Below, piece by piece: positions 51,126 to 63,195 of a stretch of DNA of 64,000 bases (positions are counted from its first letter, which is position 1; every line of letters starts with the position of its first letter). Location: the NCBI RefSeq assembly GCF_022045235.1, contig NW_027266308.1, positions 48,794,001-48,858,000 of the forward strand. The letters run 5' to 3'. The DNA is from Haliotis cracherodii. Its lineage: Eukaryota. Both the position numbers and the translations under genes were made by a program. Under the pieces are notes generated by a model. That model ran no database searches, had not been told where the DNA came from, and was given only the letters and a program-made list of their open reading frames with translations.

Positions 51126-51919
51126 GACCAAGGGTCATATCGGAACGACTGAAATCAATATCATCGGATCCTGTTACGTCTAAGGGAGGCAGCATTGTAC
51201 ACAGATTCATATATGAGCATTTTGAATAGCTATTCTTTCGCGATAGACAAGAATCCTTCTGTGTATAGTTGAATGAGTAAATAAATGGCGCAGTCAAAAA
51301 AAACTACAGTGCAGCGGTCTGGTCACTAACTGACCTTGGTTGAGGAAGAGTATCTTACTGGATCTTATGAAACAGTATGAGACACGAGTCTCTTATGAGA
51401 CATGCTTGGTGTACAAGATTGCACCACTTTAAAAACACCTCCCTAATTTAAGCGTACAAAGTAGAGAAATGATTTTACAAATTCAGGCGAAGAGAGAATT
51501 CATATTATCTTTTGAAAATTTCTGTGAGATAGCCAACTTGACTATCATGGTATCTTTGTTCACAGTCGGTGTACAGTTTAGGACAGTCGGGAGAACATTC
51601 GTGTATAGTTACTATACATTTGTTGACAGTCTGTGACATCTGTGACAGTTGTACAATAGAGAGTGCCTTTGTGTTGAAGGAGTGTTGAGGTTGTCGGCGC
51701 AACAGTGGTGTGCAGTCGGAATATATATATACATACATACACCTCGGAGAATCATTGCGTTCAGCTTGGAGAAACAGGAGAACGACACCGTATATACTAC
51801 TCCAAAGACCATAAAGAACAATCGATTCTTTCATATTACTATAGTTAATCTGGTTTACATGGCGAGACAGATACGCTATAATATAAAATAATCGGGTTTT
51901 CTTTAACTTCTCTTGAGTA

Positions 51920-51973
<54 letters not shown>
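51920..51973. repeat. (TA)n microsatellite at a Tc1-like element end
   Basis: Pure TA run following ttaacttctcttgagtag. Confidence 0.95.
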
Positions 51974-51978
<5 letters not shown>

Positions 51979-52047
51979 GTCAGATTCACAAGTGACGCTT
52001 TCACTGACGAAAACAAAGAAACCTAGTTTCCAGAACGTGGTACTTGG

Positions 52048-52230
52048 ATGTTTGTTGTTTAAGGCACACTCAGACATATTCCAGTTATATGGCGACGATC
52101 TTTAAATCGAGTCAGGACTAGACAAACAAGTGATTGATATCATTAGCACCGATCCATGCAGTGGAGTTACGATGACAAGCAGCCAACCGAGTCTGCCCAC
52201 TCGATCCATTACGTCGCTCCTTCAGTCGGC
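52048..52230 (-). mobile_element. SINE family A, degenerate
   Basis: gtttgttgtttaaggcacactcag...agtgattgatatcattagcaccgatcca. Confidence 0.65.
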
Positions 52231-52354
52231 ATGAGCTGCTGGAGCCCTAACCGGAAGCCCTGGAGTGAGACCCAGGGGAAGATAGATGGAAACTATGGGC
52301 GCAAGACTGACAGGCTGTTACCGTGTTCGTGATACGACCCCGTTAACTATGAAA

Positions 52355-52702
52355 GTGAGTGAGCTAGGTTTAACGCCGCTTTTAACAATAAAAAGCCCGA
52401 AGGTCTTTCGGTGAAACCCCTCACTACGGGTATGGTGCTGACAAACCTAGAAACATTATCGGAGAAACAAATCATGGGTTTCTGGCTTCCCCAAGTGACA
52501 ACTAATCGCGGCGATTTGAGTGAGTATGGTTTTATGCCGCTTTTAGCAATATTTCAGAACGGGGGACACCAGAAAATGGGCTTCACACATTGTACCCATG
52601 TCGGGAATCGAACCCGGGTCTTTGGCAGGACGAGCGAACGCTTTACCCGAGAGCCCCCGCGGCGATTTGAGGCGCCTCAGACGACTGGGCCATCTGTGCC
52701 CC
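52355..52702 (-). mobile_element. SINE family C with a nested family B copy
   Basis: Host: gtgagtgagctaggtttaacgcc...gacgactgggccatctgtgcccc. Confidence 0.8.
52521..52657 (-). mobile_element. SINE family B, nested
   Basis: 14-bp TSD cgcggcgatttgag at 52507-52520 and 52658-52671. Confidence 0.9.
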
Positions 52703-54744
52703 CAAATACGCAAGTGACCGGGGTACGTTGATGTAATGCCCTAATATATACTACTCAATATTTCATATGGATGCTGATATATTGCATACCGTTACGAAAC
52801 CAGAAGCCCGCTTCTTATTGAATTATGAATTTTCAATGAAACCGAACAGTCCTTGGCCCCGTTCCACAAAGCGATCTTAGCTATACGAGGATCTTAAGCC
52901 TAGTTTACAGTATGGGACGCCAAGACCGCTTTGTCAAGATTGAATAAGCAATCAGACACATTTGGTCCCCACATAGACACTCAGAATATCCCTATCAAAA
53001 GTTGTGTAGCATACAAATACATTTTACTTGGGATAATCGTATTCACTGAACCATGAATGTGATTTGTTTCATGTAGTATGAAATTATCGATAATAAATAC
53101 GGTCGAGTTGTATATATTGGGCACAACGTAAATGGCTTTTTTAAAGCAAAAATGCATCAACCACTTTTCATTTCCGATATCACTTTCTAGCACCGTAATC
53201 AGGGGAGACTTCTAGGGACGAGAGGACTATACGTTCCTGGATTTCAAGACTAAATCTACATCACGATCAAACAAATACGTACATCCAACAGACACTGGAC
53301 ATTTACCAAAAAGAAATTAGTAATGAAAGCAATGCTAGTTTTGGGTAGGACTGTACCGGTACCGCTATAGCAAGCTAAGTGCATTTAAAGCCCTAGGTCT
53401 CCAGCTTCGGGCGAGGCGTCTATCGGAATATCTCGGGTTCGTTCTATCGGAATATCTCGGTTTGTTTTCTCTCATCTCAAGATACCTACTTTGATAATAT
53501 GGGAGTAAAAACAACACGAGTTGACATGGTACTGCGTCCTGCGATAGGCTATCACTTGTGATGTGCAAATGGTCGTTTAATGTCTTTTGATTCTGCACGA
53601 ATAATCCACTTCGTCTTCCATTGTTAAAGGAATTCATATTAATATAAAAGAAAAGCGATGGAATTTTATCGTGATTAATTCAAAGGGAATGTTTTTTGTC
53701 AAAGTGCCAGTTAGCATTGTATATTGAATGTACAAAACAGTTTAAGCATCAAAGACAAGATTTTGTTTGTCACGTATAGATATAAAAAATACTTCAGGAT
53801 CTATGGTTTGCACGTGTGCATCTTTTAGTGTGAATGAGTATGCTTTGAAAACTATTCCAGTTATACCCCGGCGTGTCTCTTTAATGTGGGAGAAAATCAC
53901 GAAGCGACGCGGGCCGCGGGCGTCATATTTTTGGGATTTTGTATAATAATTTGTTCCAGAAAATACTGTGAAAAAATCATTTGGCCTCAAAAGTATTTTT
54001 TTGTTTCTTTTGGGGGAATTGTTTGCCTTGGAGCACTGTCTGAACGAATTATGTTGCCTCCAACAAAACTCGATTTCTACAGTAAAGACAGCAGTACCGG
54101 TGTTACCTCCCTGGCCTCATAACGCTTCAAATTGTTGTTCGCTTGTTTGTTGTCTTAGGCCGCATTCAGCAATATTACAGCTATATAACGGCGGTCAGGT
54201 AAATCAGTGGCATAAGGAAAGAGCAAGGATCTACGACACCGGGGAACGATGACACCCAATCCACACGGGTAAGAAAAGACCTACCCCAAGGGCCTGTGTA
54301 GACTGAAGAGGTCGATGTCGTCACAGACATGTACCCCAGATACCCTTTGATGTGATCAGTTCATCTTCAGGCAAGTTGCCTGTTTTGGACCGACCATGTG
54401 ATATTCTATTTTACACACACACAGAATTGCTTTGAACAAATGTTGAGTATTGAAGCTGTTGCAGCGATAACCCGGCCCAACCCATCGGATATAACGAATT
54501 AGCGTCAGGGACCCATGAGCCAGGTACATCAGTCATTGCTTGCAATGGTACTGTTCAACAGCTCGGTCCTGCCCGATCAACGGTGAGCCCGCTTTCCCTG
54601 TCAAACATGGTGTACTTCGAAAGCAATGTGCAGGAATATCCGCTTGACACGCGCTTTCTGGAATTGCTTGCCACACTATTGCTGCGACGAAACGGTGTAT
54701 TTCCAGTGAGGGTCCTATGATACGATACGTATCAGGTTATCCTG

Positions 54745-55650
54745 CTAATGACCAACGAAACGCTACATATGCCACGTGGCCAGCAGTACACTACATTTAA
54801 CAGCATGTGACCAATGATGAGCTGCAAATCAAAACGTGACCAACGATAAGCTAGCTATATATCCCATGTGACCAACGATATTACGTGATTAACGATACAC
54901 TACGTGTGATCAGAGATATGCTTCAAATTAAAACATGTTACCAACGATACGCTACATATTCCATGTGACCAACGATACGCTACATATCCCATGTGACCAA
55001 CGATACGATACATATCCCATGTGACCAACGATACGCTACACATCCCATGTGACCAACGATACGCTACACATCCAATGTGACCAACGATACGCTACATATC
55101 CCATGTGACCGACGATATGCTACATATCCCATGTGACCGACGATACGCTACATATCCAATGTGACCAACGATACGCTACATATCCAATGTGACCAACGAT
55201 ACGCTACATATCCCATGTGACCAACGATACGTTACATATCCAATGTGACCAACGATACGCTACATATCCCATGTGACCAACGATATGCTACATATCCCAT
55301 GTGACCAACGATACGTTACATATCCAATGTGACCAACGATATGCTACATATCCCATGTGACCAACGATATGCTACATATTCCATGTCATCAACGATACGC
55401 TACATATCACAGTATCAACGATACGCTACATATCACGACATAATAAGTGCGCGATTGCGTGCGTTTGTGATTTCGTGCATTTTGGGGAAGGGGGTATCTA
55501 TAATTCGTTGATTTTGATAATTCCACATATCACATGGGACAAGCGATACGCCACATATAACGACATGTGATCAGCGATACATTACATATCCCATGTGACC
55601 AACGACACGTTATTTATCCCATGTGACCAACGATACGCTACATAAAACGA
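54745..55650. repeat. Minisatellite, 28-bp unit, homogeneous core ~54936-55400 with degenerate flanks
   Basis: tgtgaccaacgatacgctacatatccca repeated. Confidence 0.95.
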
Positions 55651-55967
55651 CATGCTTGATGTCTGCTTCCCAAAGTACGAAGTATCCTGACGATTTGAAC
55701 GAAAAAAGACACGGAAAATAGTGCGATCTTTTATTGGCTGTGATTTTTTACAGGTGGTCGTCGACTATGTGTTTCTGTCACTGTCGGTATTAATATCATG
55801 TTTCCCATCATTTGCAATCTGGAAATCTTCCTCGGCAAGCACGGTCAGACCCGGGTATGCGTTCTCCACTGAAACAAGCAACATGAAGGTTCAGTAAATA
55901 CAAAGAATACTCTATAACCGTGTATGGTTGATATTCGAAGTTTGTCATATCGGCCTGTAAAATAATC

Positions 55968-56250
55968 GAGGTGAAATGGGGTTTGACCTCACCTTCAAGA
56001 TTATTGCGCTTATATAGGGACGTATCAATGTACTACTAATGCCAGTTACAGCCCACCGAGATACCATGCAGCAGTTTCACAAGGACACCAAACTTAGATA
56101 CAATGTACAGAATCCGAGCCGACCAGTATTTGTTTTATTTCCCTTATGACGAGTATCAGGCAGGGTAACAACAATACCATCTTTTAACGTCTTTTGGATC
56201 AAAGCACCGACCTTCCGTTCTCCTGTTGACACTTTCAACTAGACAACGGA
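55968..56250 (-). mobile_element. SINE family D
   Basis: gaggtgaaatggggtttgac...tccgagccgaccagt...aataccatcttttaacgtctttt. Confidence 0.7.
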
Positions 56251-57183
56251 GGCTGCTGGCTCGAGTTATAGTGAGTGTGAATGTTGTGTTATGCCGCAGT
56301 CAGCAATATTACAGCCATATCACGGCTGTAAATCGAGTTACGACCTGACAAGTGACAGCATGATCACGTCCAACACCGTCGGCAAGAAGCTATGCTATTA
56401 GCCCGACCATCCGACCACCCGATACCCTTTTCGATACAAGCAAGTCATGATTCTGACCTATGATGCCCTGGATCACTAAACGGGGCAATCGAGCCTGTAC
56501 CAGACAAACCAGTGATTGATATCACGAACGACGTCACATGCCACTGGGGCTGGATAACATGCAATCAACTAAGTCACCGATCCTGAACAACCAACCAACC
56601 AACCCACTCTTACACATGGGGTATTTATTTCAATGTTAAACTTTTCAAAGCGGGCGGGATCACCTGAGCTTCCGAACGCTGGTGCTGAATGTTTTGCAAT
56701 CAACGCAAATAGCGGATGAAGATACCGCGGTCTAAGGGAGATAATTCTGCAATCCTTTTTCGTTTTGGTTCGCCTTTAATCCATACGATTTTAGTTTATT
56801 TGTGTGTGATCACCCCAAATCAAATTCCTACTATGTGTAAGTCTTAGAGGAAAGTATTTGACTTCTAAGTAAAGCTTAAATGTGAGTTATATAATATAAA
56901 TCGGTCGTTTGTCTGGTCCGATCTCTTTACAGACCGCCGTCATACAGCAGGAAGAAGTCCTCGGTGGCCCACCCCGTGTAAGTATGATGAAAAGGAATCA
57001 GTGAGCCTGACCAACCGATCTATTTAATCGACACCTACAAGCACAGGAACAATTCCACTAACCCGGAATGTAAGCACTGTATCTTATTCAGTCATGTGCA
57101 TGACAACGATAGTTGACAGTTTTGTGGAGGATGATATATCCTACTTCGTAATTACCTGATAATTGTAACAGTTTCACGAAGAG

Positions 57184-57430
57184 GTGAGTGAGTTGGGTTT
57201 AACTCCGCTTTGAACAGTATTCCAGTTATATCACGGCGTGTCAACTTAATGTGGGAGGAAAACCCAAAGTAATGCAGGTCTCAGACGTTTACCAGTTTGG
57301 TGAAACCCACCAACACAGGTATGGTGCTGACGAACCTAGAAACAATCATGCTGAACCGGGATTCGAACCCACAATCATAGGTTTTTGGCGTGTTCAAGAG
57401 ACGCAAATCTTTACATGGAATTGCGGCCCC
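57184..57430 (-). mobile_element. SINE family C, 5'-truncated
   Basis: Aligns to the 61336 copy. Confidence 0.85.
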
Positions 57431-58121
57431 TTGTTATTAATGTTTACATGAAACAGTTTTCGCACATTCATGTGTGAAAGAAGCCCGATAAGCAATAAGT
57501 CCCTGGCTTAAAGAATCTCAAATTAAATAATTTTCCGTGATGTCCAGCCATGTCCATGATATGTTCATGATATGTCCAGTCATATTAGGTCAGTAGAAAA
57601 ATACCCCCGTCTTTCGTTGAGTAATATATGTGTTGAACATCCGTATAGGATATAGGATTTTCAATTAAAAACAAACAGCTAAATCAACGAAATGGGCCAC
57701 AAGACAAATATTTATAACAGGAAACGCGGGAAAAAAATGCATACAGTGTTGGGGCGACTGCTGATGTGAAAAGCTCGCGGACGCTTACTTGAAATCTGTG
57801 GTCGAAAGAGGATATTTTACGTGCGTTTCAGAACGATATCACTGTCAACAATATATAGATGACAGTTTTATCATTGCGACAAAACGTTTAAAAATAAAAC
57901 ACCTTACACCAAGTCGCAATTCGTTACTAATTGGGCAAACATTCGCACAATATTCTGCACCACTATGTCTCCAAACCTCGGAGATGGACAATTTCCTTTC
58001 GGACCGTCCGGTGGAAACTGATGTTAATTCTTCAAAGCTCAGTAAGTATACTATTTAAGACTTTACGGTGCAATATGAATTTCATATTAGATTAAATCGT
58101 TCGCTCATCACGCTGAAGTAA

Positions 58122-58383
58122 GTTTGTTTGTTGTTTAACGCCGCACTCAGCAATATTCCAGCTATATGACGGCGGTCTGGAAATAATCGAATCTGGACCA
58201 GACAATCCAGTGATTGACATCATGAGCATCGATCCACGCTATCGGGATACGATGACATGCATCAACCAAGTCAGCGAGCCTGACTACCCAATCCCGTTAG
58301 TCGCCTTTTAGGACAAGCATAGTCGTCTTTTAGGGCACGCATGGGTTGCTAAAGACCTATTCTACCCCGGATCTTCACGGGTC
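58122..58383 (-). mobile_element. SINE family A, full length
   Basis: gtttgtttgttgtttaacgccgcactcagc...ccccggatcttcacgggtc. Confidence 0.92.
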
Positions 58384-59055
58384 TACATCCTAGGGACTCA
58401 ACTCTACACGTGGATTTGCGAACATGTCTGCTGGTAGGACTCTACACGCCTGGACAAGGGACTACGGATATAACAAACTGCAGGGTGTTCGTTACAAGGG
58501 TAGCCGAGTGTGTGGAGACGTACCGGGAGCTTCCCTTCTCATTCTATTGCCAGCTTCAATCCACTTCCCAAACAGCTTGAATATGCTTCTCGGTTTGGCT
58601 GCTGTGCCACTGCAAGAGTTCTGGAATATAGTAAGCGTATAAATATCACCCATAGGGATAGAATCAACGAATGTGGAAACTTTTGGATTAACCCGGATCT
58701 TCACTGTTTTGTGGGCTAAAAGTTACATATCCCACCTAAAACTGGCAAGACCAATTTGTCTATTATTCTTGACACGTTAAGATACGTACCTTTCCTACGC
58801 AGTTTGAGCACAGAGTAAAGTTGCACATTATACGGAAACTGCTGTCATTCTCTAACGCGAAGAACTTAAAGTATGGGCTGAGTGCAACCCGGGGCATCAT
58901 AGAAAAACCCTTCGTCTTCTCGATGATGATGCCGTCTCCACATCTGCAACATAGGTAGTAGAATGTGATATTTCAAATGTGTGAATGTCACGACAGTAAT
59001 CCAGTGATCATACAGAATATAGTTCAAACTATACATCTCTGTACACTGTACATCT

Positions 59056-59925
59056 TGGTCGGGGGTCGGCGGTCGTGGGGATGGGTCGGCGGTCGTCGGT
59101 CGCGGGGATGGGTCGAAGGTCGGGGGTCGGGGCCGGCGGTCGTGGGGATGGGTCGGCGGTCGTGGGGATGGGTCGGGGTACGTTGGGATGGGTCGGCGGT
59201 CGTGAGAATGGGTCGGCGGTCGTGGGGATGGGTCTGCGGTCGTGGGGATGGGTCGGCGGTCGCGGGGATGGTTCGGGGGTCGCGGAGATGGGTCGGCGGT
59301 CGTAGGGATGGGTCGGCGGTCGTGGAGATGGGTCGGCGCTAGTGGAGATGGGTCGGCGCTAGTGGAGATGGGTCGGGGGTAGGCGGTTCTGGGAATGGGT
59401 AGGCGGTTCTGGGAATGGGTCGGCGGTCGTGGGGATGGGTCGGCGGTCGTGGAGATGGGTCGGCGGTTGTGGAGATGGGTCGGCGCTAGTGGAGATGGGT
59501 CGGCGCTAGTGGAGATGGGTCGGCGCTAGTGGAGATGGGTCGGGGGTAGGCGGTTCTGGGAATGGGTCGGCGGTCGTGGGGATGGGTCGGCGGTCGTGGG
59601 GAAGGGTCGGCGGTCGGGCGTCGTGGGGATGGGTCGGGGTACGTGGGGATGGGTCGGCGGTCGTGAGAATGGGTCGGCGGTCGTGGGGATGGGTCGGCGG
59701 TCGTGGGGATGGGTCGGCGATCGTGGGGATGGGTCGGCGGTCGTGGAGATGGGTCGGCGCTAGTGGAGATGGGTCGGCGCTAGTGGAGATGGGTCGGGGG
59801 TAGGCGGTTCTGGGAATGGGTAGGCGGTTCTGGGAATGGGTCGGCGGTCGCGGGGATGGGTCGGGGGTCGGCGGGATGGTTCGGGGGTCGGCGGGATGGT
59901 TCGGGGGTCGGCGGTCGGGTTGGAT
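59056..59925. repeat. GC-rich minisatellite, 20-bp unit, with higher-order structure
   Basis: gggtcggcggtcgtggggat and variants; variant blocks recur 420-460 bp apart. Confidence 0.95.
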
Positions 59926-60394
59926 GGAGAGGGTGGATGGAGAGGGAGGAAGTGGACAAGGAGTTTTTGAGAGATAGACATACACTGTGTTCTCAAACTA
60001 TTTATATCTATAAAAAAATTAAGTTTCCTCCTTGGACCAGCCGAGTCTTTCGTGGCACTATGGTGATATGAAAGAGAGGGCCATGACAGATGAAATGTGG
60101 TGATGTGAAAGACTCGGTTGGTCCACTCGTCCTTAACTTTTGAATAGTACACATTTTGCAAAACACTCCTACATGCAGCGTCCTTTAACTCACCCAGATC
60201 GGACAATGGCGTGCCTGTGCCCTGTGGTAGTCCCTATAGCTTCACACGACACGGGAAACAGGCTGATGGGCTTGGAGTCCAACAGTAATCCTGGATTTCA
60301 GATAGGATTCGGTAAAAATGTTGAAGTCCAATGGCTTGTCATAACTAGAATTGTACCGGGACATTGCATTCAGTAAAATCAATGTAATGAAAAA

Positions 60395-60625
60395 TAGCGA
60401 CGTGCGTTCGTGCGTGCCTGCCAGTCTGGACTAATGCCGATTTCATAGTGCTAGCCCACTGAGATATCGGGCCACAGTTTAACACGAACACCCCATGCAC
60501 ACTCAGAGTATACTCAGAGAGTACTAATCCTTGTTTAGCCCCTAAATGCCGAGCGCAAGGCAAGGCGACAACTAATACTAGCTTTTAATGGAACCCCCGA
60601 CCTTCCCCTCTCCGGGCAGGCATAT
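60395..60625 (-). mobile_element. SINE family D
   Basis: ctaatgccgatttcatagtgctagcccactgagat...aaatgccgagcgcaaggcaagg. Confidence 0.7.
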
Positions 60626-61335
60626 TTCACTGATATTACACTGATAACACTATTAAAGAGAAACAGCTGAGGTTAGTTACAGTTGTGCACTGCTGAACAC
60701 CTCAAGTGTACTTTTGATAATTGATTTTCGCCAAAATTTGTCACTAAAGGACATTCAGAAAAAAACTGACAAAAGACTGCAAATGCATGCATGTGCATTC
60801 AAGTGAAGATATATTATTTCTTTGTTACAAGAATAATTGTAAGAAGAAAAATGACAGTCTACTTATAACGCATATATCCATGCGCACAAAAATGTCAGGA
60901 GAGTGAGAATGAGATTGAAAGTGAATGAGTGATCGCTTTACGTTGCACTCTGCAATGTTCCAGTTGAATGTATCACGAGAGCCAGAGACATCAGTGACAA
61001 AGCGTGAACAACGACCCACGCCTTCGGGTACGTTGACACGCAAAGTCACCCAGCCTGACCCCCTGCTGCTCTTTAGTGCGGTTCTAGAAGCACAGGACAT
61101 CTTCCAACGTGTTCCCGTTGAAAGTATCCGAGGAGCAGGTATATCTTACCAGTGCTGTTGTCCAGCAAGACCTTCAGACACACAGTTTTGTCTATGGGAA
61201 TCCCGCTTTTGAGGGGGACACCGCGGATGTCAGTGAGCAGAACAGTCACCCCCTTCGCCGTCTCCTTGCCCGCGTGCCCGTTGACAGCGTTCGGTGCATG
61301 GTACCTGACATATGAAGAATTCATATACATAAGGA

Positions 61336-61615
61336 GTGAGTGAATGAGTTTGGTTTAACGCCGCTTTTAACAGTATTCCAGTTATATCACGGCGTGTCAG
61401 CTTAATGTGGGAGGAAAGCCCGAAGTGATGCAGGTCTCAGACGTTTACCACTTCGGTGAAACCCACGAACACGGGTATGGTGCTGACAAACCTAGAAACA
61501 TAATCGGGGCGAATCGGGATTCAAACCCACAATCATAGGTTTCTGGCGTGCCGAAGGGACGCAACTCTGCACAGCAAATCGCGGCGCCTTAGACGACTGG
61601 GCCACCGGTGCCCCC
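61336..61615 (-). mobile_element. SINE family C, full length reference copy
   Basis: 14-bp TSD catatacataagga at 61322-61335 and 61616-61629. Confidence 0.93.
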
Positions 61616-61810
61616 CATATACATAAGGAAGAGAATATATGGATTACTGTAATGTGTTGGCTTCCATTGTCTATTGCTAATCACCTATCAGCGCCAATCA
61701 TCTGTTGGCTTCCGTTTAGTTTCTACCCTTTGTTATTTTCCACCTTTTGTTATCTTACTGTTGTCCTTACATGTACATATATATATGCTCTCTGCCTCAT
61801 GGCATTCATT

Positions 61811-61850
61811 CACCTGATGAAGGAGTAAGCATATACCACGAAACGCTGTG
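61811..61850 (+). ncRNA. Degenerate minimal type I hammerhead-like motif (Penelope pLTR-type)
   Basis: cac-CTGATGA-aggag..ccac-GAAA-cg-ct-gtg followed by AATAAA. Stem II and the U16.1 position are mutated. Confidence 0.5.
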
Positions 61851-61964
61851 TTCCTCATAATAAAGAAGTTGACATCCATATATTCTCTTATGTGTATCAC
61901 TTCTAAACTTTTTTCAAAGACCTCATTCATATACAGTGAGGCGATATGGAATGGGGTGTTACGT

Positions 61965-62205
61965 TTTGTTTGTTGTTTAACACTGCACTCAGCAATATTC
62001 CAGTCATTTGACGGCGGTCTGTAAACAATCGAGTCTCGATCGTGATTGATAGCATGAGCATAGACCTACACTATTGACATGCGATGACTAAGTCAGCGAG
62101 CCTGACCACCCGACACCGTCAGTTGCCTCTTACGAGAAGCATAGTCGCCTTTTATGGCAAGCATGGGTTGTTGAAGACGTATTCTACCCCGGATCTCCAC
62201 GGGTC
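61965..62205 (-). mobile_element. SINE family A
   Basis: 13-bp TSD tgg(g/a)gtgttacgt at 61952-61964 and 62206-62218. Confidence 0.9.
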
Positions 62206-62249
62206 TGGAGTGTTACGTCGCTTTCGAGACTATTGCACTAATATAGTGA

Positions 62250-62445
62250 CGAACATACACGAGTGTGTGACTGCTTGATTTATGGCGGTTTTATAATACT
62301 CGACCACTGAGACATCATGCCATAGTTTAACATGGATAAACCAGTAAGACACAGAATACTCCGAGCCGACCAGTCTTTGTTTTAATACCGATATGTTGGA
62401 TGCCAGGCATGGTAACAACAAGTACCATCTTTTAACGTCTTAGTC
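62250..62445 (-). mobile_element. SINE family D, middle part
   Basis: gaccactgagacatcatgcc...ctccgagccgaccagtctttg...gtaccatcttttaacgtc. Confidence 0.7.
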
Positions 62446-62468
62446 CAGAAATCTAATTCCGGATGTTG

Positions 62469-62621
62469 GAGTGAGTGAATACGCCGCTTTTAGCAATATT
62501 CCAGCAATATCACGGCGGGAGACACCCGAAATGGGCTTCACAGATTGTATCCATGTCGGGAATCGAACCCGGGTCTTCGGAGTGACGAGCGAACGCTTTA
62601 ACCACTAGGCTACCCGACCGG
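62469..62621 (-). mobile_element. SINE family B
   Basis: Near-consensus copy with intact A and B boxes. Confidence 0.9.
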
Positions 62622-62707
62622 CTACGACTGATGTAATCCGGATTAATAAGGTTTTTGTACAGGAAACGTAATAGGAAAGTATTGAGTATAGAGAAGAGTG
62701 AGTAAGT

Positions 62708-62971
62708 CGGTTAGTTTGTTGTTTAACGCCGCACTCAGCAATATTCCAGCTATATGACGGCGGTCTGTAAATAATCTAGTCTGGACCAGACAATCCAGTG
62801 ATTGATATCATGATCATCGATCCACGCAATTGGGATCGATGACATGCATCAACTAAGTCAGAAAGCCTGACTACCCGATCCCGTTAGTCGCCTTTTACGA
62901 CAAGCATAGTCACCTTTTATGGCAAGCAAAGGTTGTTGAAGACCTATTCTACCCCGGAATCTTCACGGGTC
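62708..62971 (-). mobile_element. SINE family A inserted into the tail of a family C copy
   Basis: 11-bp TSD agtgagtaagt at 62697-62707 and 62972-62982. Confidence 0.92.
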
Positions 62972-63195
62972 AGTGAGTAAGTGAGTTGGGTTTAACGCCG
63001 CTTTGAACAGTATTCCAGTTATATCACGGCGTGTCAACTTGTTGTGGGTGGAAAGTCCGAAGTGATGCTGGTCTTAGACGTTTATCACTTTGGTGAAACC
63101 AACGAGCACATGTATGGTGCTAACAAACCTAGAAAAACAATTGGGGCCAATAGGGATTCGAACCCATAATCATAGATTTCAGGCATGCGCAACCC
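62972..63195 (-). mobile_element. SINE family C, 5'-truncated
   Basis: Aligns to the 61336 copy. Confidence 0.85.

Noticed and set aside
51505-52077. 190-aa ORF
   Set aside because: Runs through a (TA)n tract, a Tc1-like end and a SINE tail; no domain recognised.
58965-60206. G/R/W- and P/T-rich ORFs
   Set aside because: Products of the 20-bp GC-rich minisatellite; the unit length is not a multiple of 3.
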